The translations under genes were made by a program, and so were the position numbers. The notes beneath the pieces are model-generated. The model made no database searches. It was not told the origin of the DNA and saw nothing but the letters and a program-made list of their open reading frames with translations. From Chlorokybus atmophyticus (Eukaryota > Plantae > Mesostigma and Chlorokybus algae), in assembly GCA_009103225.1 (NCBI GenBank), contig RHPI01001737.1, forward strand, positions 376,223 to 440,222: a stretch of DNA of 64,000 nt. Direction: 5' to 3'. Shown piece after piece: positions 34,236 through 46,900 of the stretch (within the stretch, counting starts at the first letter, position 1; each line of letters opens with the position of its first letter).

Positions 34236-35842
34236 ATGGCGGACGTTGAGCCGAAGCCCACTGCGACTTCCGGAGTTTTGGAGAGCCCGCAGCTCAAGAG
34301 GTTGGGTTTCCTTCAGCAGGTTGCTGTTGGAACAATCAACTACGCCAACGGATGGTATACGGCCATCAAGAAGAATATTGGTCCACTCAAGGTAAAGTTG
34401 TGGGTTGCGTGCAGTATTATCGGGGCATTGTTTGGTTTTCAATGGTAACTGTCCTTCCAAGTTGACATGCGCAAGCTTTGTTGTTGCGTTGCCTAGACAA
34501 GAGGTCATTATGTTTTAGTTCCGCAGTTGTGTGTGGAAGGCAGGAAGTGCTCGTTGCATAGTGTTTAACCCAGCTTAATAGGGTCTTTCGCTATGATGCC
34601 CGCCGTTCACTGTTGTGCAGCGTGCAGTTGGTTGGTGTCGATTGGTCCGCCGTATAAGTCACACTGCATCCAGTTTACTGCATTCTGTGCCAATCGCAAA
34701 TCAGTGAACCACGGGGACAAGCATTGCAATCGGCCTGTGTTGCCTGAAAGCTGAGCAGCATGGCGATTCACACGTTGCACACACCAGTTTGTTCAGCAGT
34801 TTCTGTTTCTTGCTCAGCCAGCAGCTGTTCCCTAGGTGGCCTTCGCATGACATTTCACAGCAGTGTTGCATGCATATTTGTAAGCAGCACTTCCAGAGGT
34901 AGCAAATTTGACTTCATGGTCAGCCATCAGATGTTCAGTGTGTCCATTGCTGTCTGTCCTGTTCAGTGCACCTTTTGGGTCTAGTGGCTAACATTGGACT
35001 TGTCCAGGGCCCTGTGGAGCAGGCTGAAAACACTTTGAAGTACATCGCATCTCCTCTGTACAAGCGCGTTGAGACTTACGTGCCAACCATCCTCACGGAC
35101 GTGGACAGCAAGGTAGCTAGCGCAGTGTGCCTTGTGACATTGGCTGTCCCACTTCGGGTGCAAGTTGGATTCTGACTATGGATGTACAGGTGGATACGGC
35201 GGTCAGCAACATTGAAAACACCAAGCCATATGAGCTCTCCAAGCAGGTCTATGCGTCGCAGCTTGGCAACGTGAAGGCTATTTACAAAACGAAGGATGAG
35301 TTCCTGCACAGGATTGACGACACCATTCAAGGACTTAGGAACTTCTTGAATCAGCAGGTTGAAAAGGCTGGATCGCCCTATAACCTGCCCAGGTACTTTG
35401 TCGAGCAAGCAGCTGGTGTAGTGCAGCAAGCCCAGAAGGATGGTGTTGGAACCACCGTTGATAAGGCTGTGGCCGGAGTGCAGTTCTACTCTTACAAGGT
35501 ACGAGGTGCTTTGTGTAGTCTGCTTTGGTTGCTGCATGACCGGCTCATGGTATCTACACTGGTCAATGCTGAAGGCTTTGCCTAACTCTTGCTGGCGTGC
35601 AACAGGTTTGGGACACGCTTGCCCAGATCCCAGTTTTCAAGAAGGTGCTGTCTACCGTGGCGCCAGCTGGGTTTTATGTTGCTGAGAAGTACAATTCCAC
35701 TGTTGCAGCGGCGCGAGATGATACCCGCGTAGGCAAGTATGCGGGCTATGTGCCCATGGTTCCACTTGACAGCATCAAGGAAGAGGTGGATGCCAAGCTG
35801 AATGGCGTTGACAAGTCTGCTGCTCCAGCTAGTTCGGAGTAA
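34236..35842 (+). CDS. REF/SRPP (LDAP-type) lipid-droplet-associated protein; 4 exons
   Basis: Exons 34236-34391, 35008-35112, 35190-35498, 35606-35842. Sequence includes LKRLGFLQ..Y..IKKNIGPLKGPVEQAE..DVDSKVD and WDTLAQIPVF..AEKYNSTV..YVPMVPLDSI. An upstream in-frame ATG at 34227 is also possible. Confidence 0.88.
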
Positions 35843-36029
35843 CTTCATGGTCATACTTTGTCTCGTGTTGGTTGTTGTGTATAGTCAGACTATTCAGGTG
35901 CGATGCTCTCGCAGTAAGTGTACAGTGTTGTGTTGTCACAGGGTAGGTTTGTTGACAGTTAGCACATAAAAGATTGCACAGGGTTGAGTGTGTTTTAGGA
36001 ACAGGATTGTCGGAAACTGTGTTGTGGTT

Positions 36030-39000
36030 TTAAAGTTTTCGAAGACCTATGAAGCCTTCCCCCGAGTCTTGATGGTTGACAAATGTTACGGATACTGTTG
36101 TGTCCGGTGGTAGTGCCAAGAAGTCATTCAACGTCAAGCCTACCATGTTTCCTGCGAAGTGACATGCTTAGTTTTTGTTGAGTAAGACTCCACTGGGTAC
36201 GACCGTCTACCTGCTAGGTATTTACAGCAGCATACCATTGCGTCCTGGAATCTTGGCAGGGGTTTTGCCAATGGTGTAAGAGCAAGTGGTTGTCGCTAGT
36301 ACAGGATCTCCGTTGACCAGAAACTGCTAACAACGATGTTAGACCACAAGTTGTGCAAGGTAAAATTGTTGCATGATGTATACTACAGGCAGGAGTGACA
36401 GGTTGAGACGGCCATGCCTGAAGCAGCTAAACAGACCCTGAAAGTTTTAAGACTTAAGTGTAAGTTTGCCCACATTGAGGGAAGGTTAAGCTCAGACTGA
36501 CACATACATGCTGCTAATCTAGTATACTATTTCTTTCACAAATGTGAAAGCTGCATGTTCCTGCACAGCCCCTTGGTGCAAGTGGTATACCACCCAAGTA
36601 CGGGGACCAAAAGAATGCCTCATGATTGTCATCACCTGAATCTGCGGTTTTCTTGTTGCGAAGAATCCAAAACTGACTTCATACAGCCCTGGGTCCTTCA
36701 CTCGGATCCTCGCGCTGCCGCCGTCCCAGCTGAAGTTGGCGGGGTCCGTGTTCACGCTCTGCACATGCAACGGCACTGCGTTGCCTGCCAGCAGCCGCCC
36801 GCCCTTCCACAACCATCGGCCAACACTGCCAACACACAACACTAAACTCACTGACTAATATCAACATCAGGCGTTGTGGTAGAGGTGTCACACACCTGCA
36901 GCACTGCACGCATTGCCTTGCATGCAGCGCGCGATCTCGCTCCGTCAACGCCCTCTGTAGACCCTCCTCAGAAACCTTATCTCCCAGCGCCTATACACAA
37001 GTTACTTGACTCACCACCCGAGCAATTCGGTGACAGACACAAAGACTGTGTGACAGCAGCATACATGGTCGAAAGACTGAGTGACTGTACGAGAACGAAC
37101 AGGTCACGTTACATAGGAGAATGATCGATAACATGTATGCACTGAGAGGTACAACGCGTCCACACGCACACCTGCACTCATGCTCTCACACGTCCATGTG
37201 CACGCACACGCACGCACCAACCCACAAAACTCCCCACCCCACCTGCTGTATCGTCCCAACGGCTTTTCTAACATCCTCTGCCCCAGCCTTATGCTGTATC
37301 GCAAGCGCGTTGTCCCTCGCTTCCTTTGCCACTTTCGACAAGGTCTCCTCGGCGCGTGCCACGGCCGCGTTGAAGGCGCCCACACTCACCTTGAATGAAT
37401 ACATTGTTGCGTTTTCCAATGCTATGCTAGCACAATCATACAGCAGGCTCTACACACTCACCTTGGCTGCGAGGGCCTCGCAAACGAATTCCGCGTCGGC
37501 TTTGGCCCCGCACGCCTCGCGGAGGCGAACCGCCTCCTCGCGCGGGCACATGGCAGCGCGGGTCTCTTCGGAACGAGACATCGACCTCACATCCACCTCA
37601 CGCACATCCTCCCTCACCTAAGGGGAGCAAACTTATTCACACTGTCACTTTTTAACTACCGTTTCATGAGGCCTTGCATCAACTACTTACGCAGTTCGCA
37701 TATGTGCATACGTGCACATGCACGCATGCTTTGCAACATGCGGTCTGACCACTCTGATGGACTCTGATTCGTGATTCGGTAGTCTCCCAACAACTGACAG
37801 AAACAATCCTCGCAAAGCACGCACCTCGCTCAACTCCTTTCTCAGGCGCTTGTCTTCCGCCTCGCACGCGGAGACTTTCTCATTGAGCTCGCGCACCATG
37901 TCGTCGAACCGGATGCCCAACGCTCTCATCGCGCAGGCAGCCAGGTTGCCCTCAGCCTGGTGGGTGATTAGGGTGTATGTGTGTGCATGTGGCACATGTA
38001 TGCACAAACTCGTGCGGGTGCATGCGTGCCATGCGTGTATGTGGCACATGTGTGCGCATGTGCGTGCGTAATACGTGAGCGTGTGTGCACGTGCATGTGC
38101 GCAATTGTGTTGGACTTTAGTGCTGCAATAATGTGTTACTTGGAGGCGGTCGGAGAGGGCGTGTAGGTCCCGTCGCAGGGAGGCCACATCGCGGTGGGCA
38201 GTGGCTTGGGCGGCGTTCATGTCTGCCCGCACGCACTCGCCCTCCTTGCGCTGCAAGTTGCAAGTTGGTATGCTGTTGTTTGAGCACTAGTAGTGGCATG
38301 GGTTGAGCACTATTGACTTACTTGCTGTGCGAGTGAGGAGACGAAAGACGCCTGCAGAGCGCGCTGCGCCTTGCACGCCTGTAAGACACGATCAGCAAGA
38401 CAACGCAGGTTGTGACATGTCAACATGTGTCATGGGCGTGTTTGAAGCTCACATAGTATATGTACCAGCACATGCACCCGCGCCCGCGTGCACGCCAACT
38501 CACACAGTTGCACTTGCATACCCACACACGCACACGCACACGCACACCTCGTCCCGCATGCAGTCCATTGACTCCTGGTGGCTCCTGGCGTCCACCTTGG
38601 AGCTCAGCGCCCTCATCAGCTCCCCCGTCTGTCATCAACGACGATGCCACAGGTATTAGAAAGGCCATAACAAAGCATGTGATACCAAGCAGCAGCAGCA
38701 ATAACATGCGTTTTGCCTTTGTTTCGAAGGCACTGTCGAAGTGTGCTTCTGTCACGCGCGCGCGCAGATCGCCCGCAAGCTTGTGTATCTGAGCCTCCAG
38801 AGACTCCCTCACAGCCTGGGTGGTCGAGAACATGGTCATGTTGTGCTTGGGTGATGTGCGAGACAACCATGTGGATGTTGAGTGGTTGTGGTGAAGAAAG
38901 TGATGCGCACCTGCAGCTCCTGTCTGGTGGCCCTCTTCTCCACCTCGCGCGCATCCGCCTTGTTGCTCAGCACCACACTCACCTTCACACATGGTCACAC

Positions 39001-39550
39001 ACACTCACCCTCCACACTCACCCCCACCCCCGCCCACCCACCCACCCACACATGCGCAGAATTTCCTACCTCTTGCATGCGTGCGTGTACGTCCGCCGCA
39101 TCTGCCTTGAGTCGCAGGTCGGAAGCGGGAATGGACTGTACTGACTGAGCCTGCTGCTGCTGCTGAAGGGCCTTGATGGCTAAAGCCTGCGAAATAAGCA
39201 GAAAAAGCTTTGGTTGCAGGTTGCAAGGGCTGGCTAGTGAGAGGTGCTTGTGGTGGATGTAGCGCATGTGTACGGTCTTACGACAACAAGTAGTATACCT
39301 GTCACCATGTGATCAGTTGACTGTGTGAGTTGAGTGTGAATCGTTTCGTTCTGCTTGCTGAGAAATTGCTGACCAAGGAGTGCTGATTGATACATAACAA
39401 CTACAGACTTCACTTGTTACATTGATTGATACTGTCTTGTGCCCCCACCTGCGCCTTGATGGTGTCCCACATGCCCTTGATGGCCGCACCCAACGCCGGC
39501 GGCACGCCAGACCACTCAGAGCAACCGCCCGACGCCACCGCCTGCGACAT
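36030..39550 (-). CDS. Uncharacterised multi-exon coiled-coil protein with conserved C-terminal beta-domain
   Basis: Starts MSQAVASGG..AAIKGMWDTIKAQ, with coiled-coil exons at 37.2-39.2 kb. C-terminus GRWLWKGGRLLAGNAVP..QSVNTDPANFSW..PGLYEVSFGFF..KPQIQFLVNGDPVL..GLTLNDFLALP..EGFIGLRKL*. Internal exon edges are approximate. Confidence 0.78.
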
Positions 39551-39915
39551 GATCGACTCCATTCTCAACCTAATAGTAGTAGTTCTCTCTTCCTCCTGCT
39601 ACTGCTCCTGCTCCTGCAACGCCGCCGCCGCCGCCGCCGGCTGCCAGCTGGCAGGCCAACTAGACTGAAGTCACGTGATGTCGCACGCAGTTACTACGTC
39701 AGTGCAAACTGACCAAGTCGGGCGTCCGAATTCGACAGATGTCAACACACATTGGCTGGAGCGGAAAGGATATCGACATCTACGTCGTTAGCTTGAGACC
39801 AGAGTTCGCAAGGCTTAACTCCGGTTAGTAACGGTCTGAGGCGCCGGCGGCGGAGGACGAGGAGGAGGAGGAGCGGGACGAAGAGTAGGAGAGGGAGGAG
39901 CATGATTTTGGAATC
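39551..39915. promoter_or_regulatory. Probable bidirectional promoter
   Basis: 365 bp between divergent start codons; CACGTG at about 39672. Confidence 0.5.
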
Positions 39916-41494
39916 ATGGCGGCGGTGGCGGTGCCCAGAGCTGGGGAGGGGCAGATGACGGCGGCGGTGTACGGGCAGATCAAGGAGGGCAACTATCAGG
40001 AGGCCATCAGGTGGGTACATGAAAGTACTACTCATGTCAAATTGTCTGCGATTGTGTGATTACCGCTACCGTTTCTGCTATGTGGTTACCTTTGTGCCTG
40101 ACAAGACACACACGCCTGCAGACACTCTTGCACACAACCCCACACACAACTGCATGGACGAGTGTGTCTACGCACGCACTCAACAACAGCACGCACGCTT
40201 TTCATCGGCAACTTACCAACAACTCAACCCCCGACAGGATCCTTGAGCCTGCCGCGTCGTCGGGTGGTTTCGCTCGCAGCCGCGCGGTGCTCTCCCTCCT
40301 CGCCTACTGCTACTACCATGCACAGCTCTTCCCTCTCGCAGCACAAACGTAGCACACGCACCTTCATACACGCTACTCAACTCACACGCTTGTGTGACAC
40401 CCATGCTTGTGATTCCTACGACACATAACACTCTGGTACAGGTACGAGCGGCTTGTGCGCGCGTGTCCAGAAGTGGACGACTACCGCCTTTACTATGCGC
40501 AGGCCCTCTTTAAGGCAAGCATGCGATGAAAGCAAACGTATGGTTGGATGTGTATGCATCTACATATAACCATGTACATCTACACATAGACATTCATACA
40601 TAGACATGTACATACTCACATGTAAACATGAGACTGCGTACAACAACAACAACAACAACAACAACAACATGCAGGCGGGGCAGTATGTTGACGCGAGCAG
40701 GGTTGCGGCAACAGTTGGCGGCGATGGAGAAATCAACAGCAGCTACTCGAAGCGCGACCGCGTGAATGCCCTCGAGGCGGCCATTCGGTATGAACAGGAC
40801 GACCTGGCAGGTACTATTGGCTGGTGTCGCTTGCTGTGTGCATACCCTGTTCACAAATGCACAGGCACATGCGCACATGCACGCGCACGCACGCACGCAC
40901 GCACGCGCCCACACACACACACATGCACATGCCCACCCACACGCATCCAGTGACACACTCTCCTGCTTGCAGGTTGCAAGTCCCTGTTGTTTGGTGGTGG
41001 CGGCGATGTTGCCTCGGACGTTCCCGCGTTGATCAACATGGGTTGTGTCCTGTACAAGGAGGGGGCGTTCGAGGAGGCGCGGGCGCGATTCGCCGACGCA
41101 CTCAACACGCTCGGATACCAGGTGCATGTTGGTTTGTGATAATGTGTGGGGATTTCTATATCAACTTGGTGCTGATGTGTTGTTGTGTGGCTTGGCTTTT
41201 TGTGTAGCCTGAGCTAGCGTACAACGTCGCACTATGCTACTACCGCCTCAAACAATATGGGCCAGGTACTGCAAAATGTTGTCGTTGTTATTGTTGTTGT
41301 TGTTGTTGTTGGTGTTGTTGATGATCGCGTTGTTGTTGACAACCACTCTGTCCCGCAGCACTCAAGTATCTTGGAGAGATCATCGAGCGCGGCGTACGTG
41401 AACACCCTGAACTCAGCGTCGGCAGGTAAGAGCATCACCTTTTACTTGTATCCACACCCACCACCCACCACCAACAACAACAACAACAACCCTC

Positions 41495-41528
<34 letters not shown>

Positions 41529-43982
41529 NNNNNNNNNNNNNNNNNNNNNNNNNNNNNNNNNNNNNNNNNNNNNNNNNNNNNNNNNNNNNNNNNNNNNNNN
41601 NNNNNNNNNNNNNNNNNNNNNNNNNNNNNNNNNNNNNNNNNNNNNNNNNNNNNNNNNNNNNNNNNNNNNNNNNNNNNNNNNNNNNNNNNNNNNNNNNNNN
41701 NNNNNNNNNNNNNNNNNNNNNNNNNNNNNNNNCCCCCCCCCCCCCCCTCCTCCAGCTACACCGAGGGCGTCGAAGTCCGCAGCGTGGGCAACACCCCTTC
41801 CCTCAAGTCCACCTACCTCATCGAGGCCTTCAACCTGAAAGCCGCCATCGAGTGGACCAACCCGCACCGCAACTCCCTCGCGGCCAAAGAAGCCTTATCG
41901 GACATGCCTCCCCGTGGCGAAGACGAGTTGGACCCGGTCACGCTACACAACGTTGCGTTGATGAGGGATATGGAGGTTGGAGGAGACCCAACGCAAGGGT
42001 TCAGGAAGCTGAATTTCTTGTTGCAGCAGCCGCCATTCCCGCCGGAGACGTTCGGGAACTTGCTGATGCTGTATTGTAAGCATGGGTTTCATGAGCTGGC
42101 GGCGGATGTCATGGCGCAGCATGCACACCTCACGTACCAGCACCTGTCTCAGGTGAGATGACGTGTGTGTACGCTATGCACGTACACTCTGTGAGTGATG
42201 CATATCTCCCTGCATGTTGTCTCTAAAGATGTCAAGTAACCGTTGCAACAAATGTGGTGTGTCACACGCCATTTGTGTAGCGGACACGCAAGACACATGG
42301 GCCTGCGCGTACATGCACACATACACATGGCGAGTGCGGGTACAGTGGGGGGGAGGGGGCACCTCCACAAGCTGCATGCTGGTCACGCACACACGCACAC
42401 ATTGGCACTCACACTCACGCACATGCACAAACACTAACAGTGGTACTCACACACACTTGCACACATGTACACGTGCGCACATACACGCTCCCCCCTCACC
42501 CCTTAGGACCTCTACGAGTGGTTGGACGCCTCCATCCTCCGCCAAGCCTCTCCTTTAGAAGCCGAGTCTCGCCTCGATATCGCCGCCGGCCGCCACGTCG
42601 AATCCTTACGCAAACTAACCAAACGCATCCAAGACGCCCGTTTAGCCCGCGACGGCGAAGAGATCAAAGTGGCGATATCTGAGTACGACGAGGCGCTGGA
42701 GAAGTATATCCCCGTGCTGATGGCGATGGCGGCGGTTAGGTGGGATATCGGTGACTATGACGGAGTGGAGAGAGTGTTTAGGCAGAGCAGTGAGTTTTGC
42801 TCAGAGCATGAGGTGTGGAAGTTGAATGTGGCGCACACGCTGTTCATGAGGGATAACAAGTATAAGGAGGCGATCAGGTATTACGAACCGATGGTCAGGA
42901 AGCATGCGGAGGATGTGTTGTCCGTCACGGCGATCGTGCTGGCCAACCTGTGCGTGTCGTATATCATGACGTCGCAGGTAAGGTGTGCGCGTGTGGTGGT
43001 GGTGAGGGGGACTGTGTCGTGTTGTTATTGTTGTGTACGTGTGTGTTTGGCAGAATGCAGTGTAGGTATCGTGGTAATTGCTTTCACAGAATGAAGAGGC
43101 AGAGGACCTTATGCGCAAGATTGAAAAGGAGGAGGAGCAGCAAGCATATCAGGTGGGAGTGTTAGCATGTGTGCACACACGGGTGTGTGCGTGTCTCTCT
43201 GTTTTTGTCTGTGTGGTTATCTGTGTCTGCATCTCTTTATGTGTGTGCGTGTATGCGCATGCGTGCGTGCGTATGTGTGCTCGTACCCATGTCTATCTGT
43301 TTGTGTCTGTGTGGTTGCCCGTGTCGGTGTCTCTGTGTGCCTGAGCGTGTCTGTGTGTAGGTGTGCACACGCATGTTCAGATGTGTATAATCTAAACCTG
43401 ACTGTGAACACTCTCCCACGCAGGATCCAGAGAAGCAGTGTCTCCACCTGTGCATAGTGAACCTCGTAATCGGGACGTTGTACTGCGCGAAGGGCAACTT
43501 CGAGTTTGGTATCGGTCGCATCATCAAGTCGCTGCAGCCATACCAGCGCAAGCTCTCCCCCGACACGTGGCACTACGCCAAGCACTGCTTCCTCGCCCTC
43601 GCTGAGAACCTCGCCAAGCACCTCGTTGCACTGAAAGACGTCACACTCAATGAGATCATCGCGTACGAGTTCTGTGTCAATGGTGTTGATGCGTACATGC
43701 ACGCATGCACACTTGTGCTTGCATGCGTACACGCTTGTGCCCCTCTGTACGCGTGTGCGCACCTGCGCGTGCACGCGCATGCGTGTGTGTACACGTGCAT
43801 GCGTGCACATGTGGTGAGCGCTGATATATTTGCTTGTATAAATGTGCAGGTTTTTGCATGCGGCTGACACGTACGGGAAGAACATCAAGACTCAGCTGGA
43901 TTTGCACGAGGGCGCTGTATCAAGGACAGTCAGCAGCGAGGCTCGCTTGCTCAAGAGGATGTTTTTAAAACTCAAAGAATGA
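39916..43982 (+). CDS. IFT70: Intraflagellar transport protein 70 (TTC30/fleer/DYF-1); 12 exons
   Basis: Exons 39916-40010, 40238-40348, 40442-40514, 40675-40810, 40973-41121, 41208-41265, 41359-41425, 41756-42152, 42507-42977, 43090-43152, 43424-43662, 43850-43982. Diagnostic peptides: ERGVREHPELSVG, EALSDMPPR.EDELDPVTLHN, PPFPPETFGNLL, HLCIVNLVIGTLYCAKGNFEFGIGRIIKSL. Confidence 0.97.
41529..41731. other. Assembly gap inside an IFT70 intron
   Basis: N-run; the flanking exons join in frame (ELSVGS|YTEGVEVRSVGNT). Confidence 0.95.
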
Positions 43983-46900
43983 AAACTGCGCGTTTCACAA
44001 TCAAATAAGCTTGCCGTTCTGCCCTTGCCCCTTGGCAACTGCATTGTTGCGTTTTCATATGTTCGCAACTTCATGATGTACAAGGGTGTACACGCATCGC
44101 GTGTGCAAGTGAATGTAATACTTTCGCTTGCGCACACATACTACGCAGATGTGGAGCGTGCATTTACATACGCACACAAGCATGAGGCAAAAGTAACCTG
44201 ACGCTCCTGCTAGCATAATTTCAATCATACCAACCATTTGTGTTGACATAATTAATGAGGACCATAAGACGGTTCACATCTTCATCTTCAAAGCTTGACA
44301 TGTAACCATTTCATAGAAGACACTGTATGACAGTTTATTTGTCACACATGCTTGCAGTGTTGGGTATGGGAGACTTCATGCAATGTGTATTGATGAATCA
44401 TCACTGCACGTTATTGCATAACACTTTGTCATTTTAACATGCTACATTAGAATGACGTTGTGATGCGCATTGATTTACACATGGTTCTCATGGTGAGTTC
44501 AAAGAATCTCACCTCGTGCTGTGCATGCCTTAACATATATATACAATACGCATACTAGTACTTTCTTACTTACTTTCTTACTTATGCATATCGCTACATG
44601 ATGCTTATTGATTGGACTAATCGAAAGAAGCTGCATATACATATGCATAAACGTAACTTTATGAAACTTGATTCTTAATGTGTTCAATGAATTTCACAGT
44701 CGCCTCATGTTCCAACGGCCTGCGTGAGGGAAATATAAGGTATGATAGGTTGGGCTTGTAAGTACGACAGACTTTGAAAACAATAAGTCCGGAAAAAAAT
44801 ACACAAACTTGTGCGCGCATTCGGCTCATGTATTGTATGCCACACATTACACTTGATGTCATTCACAAGTTGCATCTTTTTTTTATTGTTTACATGTTCG
44901 AATAAACGCGTATTTTAAGCTGATTATGTCATGCATGGATTTAGTTTTAAATCCAATACTAAGCTTGAAATCAAAGGGGCTTGAAAGGGGCTTGAAATCA
45001 AAGGGGCTTCTATTCAGATTTTATAGCCCCTCTTTTTTGCTTGCCAATCCAAGCACTGCCAGCTTGAGACATCGTCATCATACATCTATCAACATACTGC
45101 AACAAAGTTGTACACCACGCATTATTTTTATGTGCATGTTAAACACATTGTATGGCAAAAGTTCTTATCCGCTTCTTTGTGTGGTGATGAATTACGCGAC
45201 GCAAAGTGTATATATGCAATTAGAGTGCATATTTGCGGTTTTATCAGATAGGATTTTTCTCTTTATATATAATACTTATATAATATTTTTCGAACATGGA
45301 GTTGATAATGAGTATGGTGATTATTGTGAGCATAGCACGTTACTAAGTTATTGCATGGCACATTGTAAAGTTTATATAGCAAAAGGACGTGTATATAACA
45401 TAAGTAGATGTGTCACAGCATAGTTGGCTAGCGTGGTCATATAGTATTGTAAAATGGCATAAGATCCGCAAAGGAGGCATGCGCAATAATGCAAACATTT
45501 ACGTATACGTCATGCTGCCTCTTATGTGCTGCCTCTTATGTGTTGCTTCTGCAGCACATCACGCACAAACCATAAGTAGTGCAGCACGGTGGATGCTGGC
45601 TGAGCTGCTGCGCCGCTGCTTGCCGACCAATAGTAATGCTTTATTGCACCTCAACCCTCTACTCTCCAACCACACCCTGCAACTGTACTCCACACTTGCA
45701 ACCTTGGCGCAACCTATTAATTATGTGTTACAGTATTCAATATTCAATAAATAGTGCCCATAAATGTCAATCGTCTATCCATTATGTCTGCTCACACATA
45801 TACATGCAATTGCAAGTGCTGACTCGAGCGAAATGGGTAATCCATTTCACAAGCTTTGTCTGAGATATGTCCATAAGCATAGATGCAAAGCGCGAGCACG
45901 CACTTTCAAGTTTGTTGCAGCGCGACATACAACACTGCGAATTTCACAACCCCCTGGTGTGCTTTATGCACCAACTTGGTTGTTGCGCCTTCTTCAAGGA
46001 GGCGCAACAACCATGGCACGTAGTGCGCGCCTGAGCCTGTAATGTCTATAGCCATGAGGATGTTAAACTTATGAGATCGGTTGGCGGTGATCTTTAACTG
46101 AACATCCACATTTCTTACAATTAGTCTTGAATCCGTGTTCGCTTTCATTGCATGAATGCCACGTTTCAACTACTATCCAAGCAATCTTCAAGTCCATTAT
46201 TTCAAAGTCTACTTTGACTCAGTTTAAACTACTTTTTTACGTTTATTTGCTTTTTAATGTTAAACTACGTGTGCCACTTCTCGTTAATGCTAGTCTTTGG
46301 TTTAGTCTTTAGGCGCATGGGACTAGCATCGATTACGTTAAGGTAGACAAACATGGTTGAATTTTGGGGACGGGGATCCTCACCGGTTCCTTGTGAAAGA
46401 CTACGCTAATAAGTACTACACAGTGCAACAGACACGCGCACTCACAACATGCACGCAGACATGTATACACACATTGCGCATGCACACCTAGGCATGCAAG
46501 TGCTGCACGCACGCACGCACACACACATACTAAAGGCACATGACAAAGCACAAACACATGCTCACATAGCGTGCACACACATTGAGCACATTCGCACTGC
46601 TATCATGCATGCACGCAACACACACACAGCAAACCACACGCACGTCGCGTGCATGCGGCATGCACGCACGCATGCGCATGTTAGCGAACAAAGCCAATAT
46701 GATAAAGGTCAATTGTAGTGGCTAATTGTCGCAGCTACGGCGCCGGACGCTTGGGCCGCATGGTGCATTATCGCTGATGCGCATGGCACAAGGTTTGAGA
46801 CTTGGCGACGGCCATCACCACCTCTAATGCAGCCATAGGTGCTGCACTACGCTCCCTCGACATGAGAAAGCGCGAGCAACTCCAACCTTCGCGGCTGCCG

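Noticed and set aside
45977-46023. 14-bp hairpin plus CGTAG as a Helitron 3' end
   Set aside because: The terminus is not CTRR and no 5' TC end or Rep/helicase was found.
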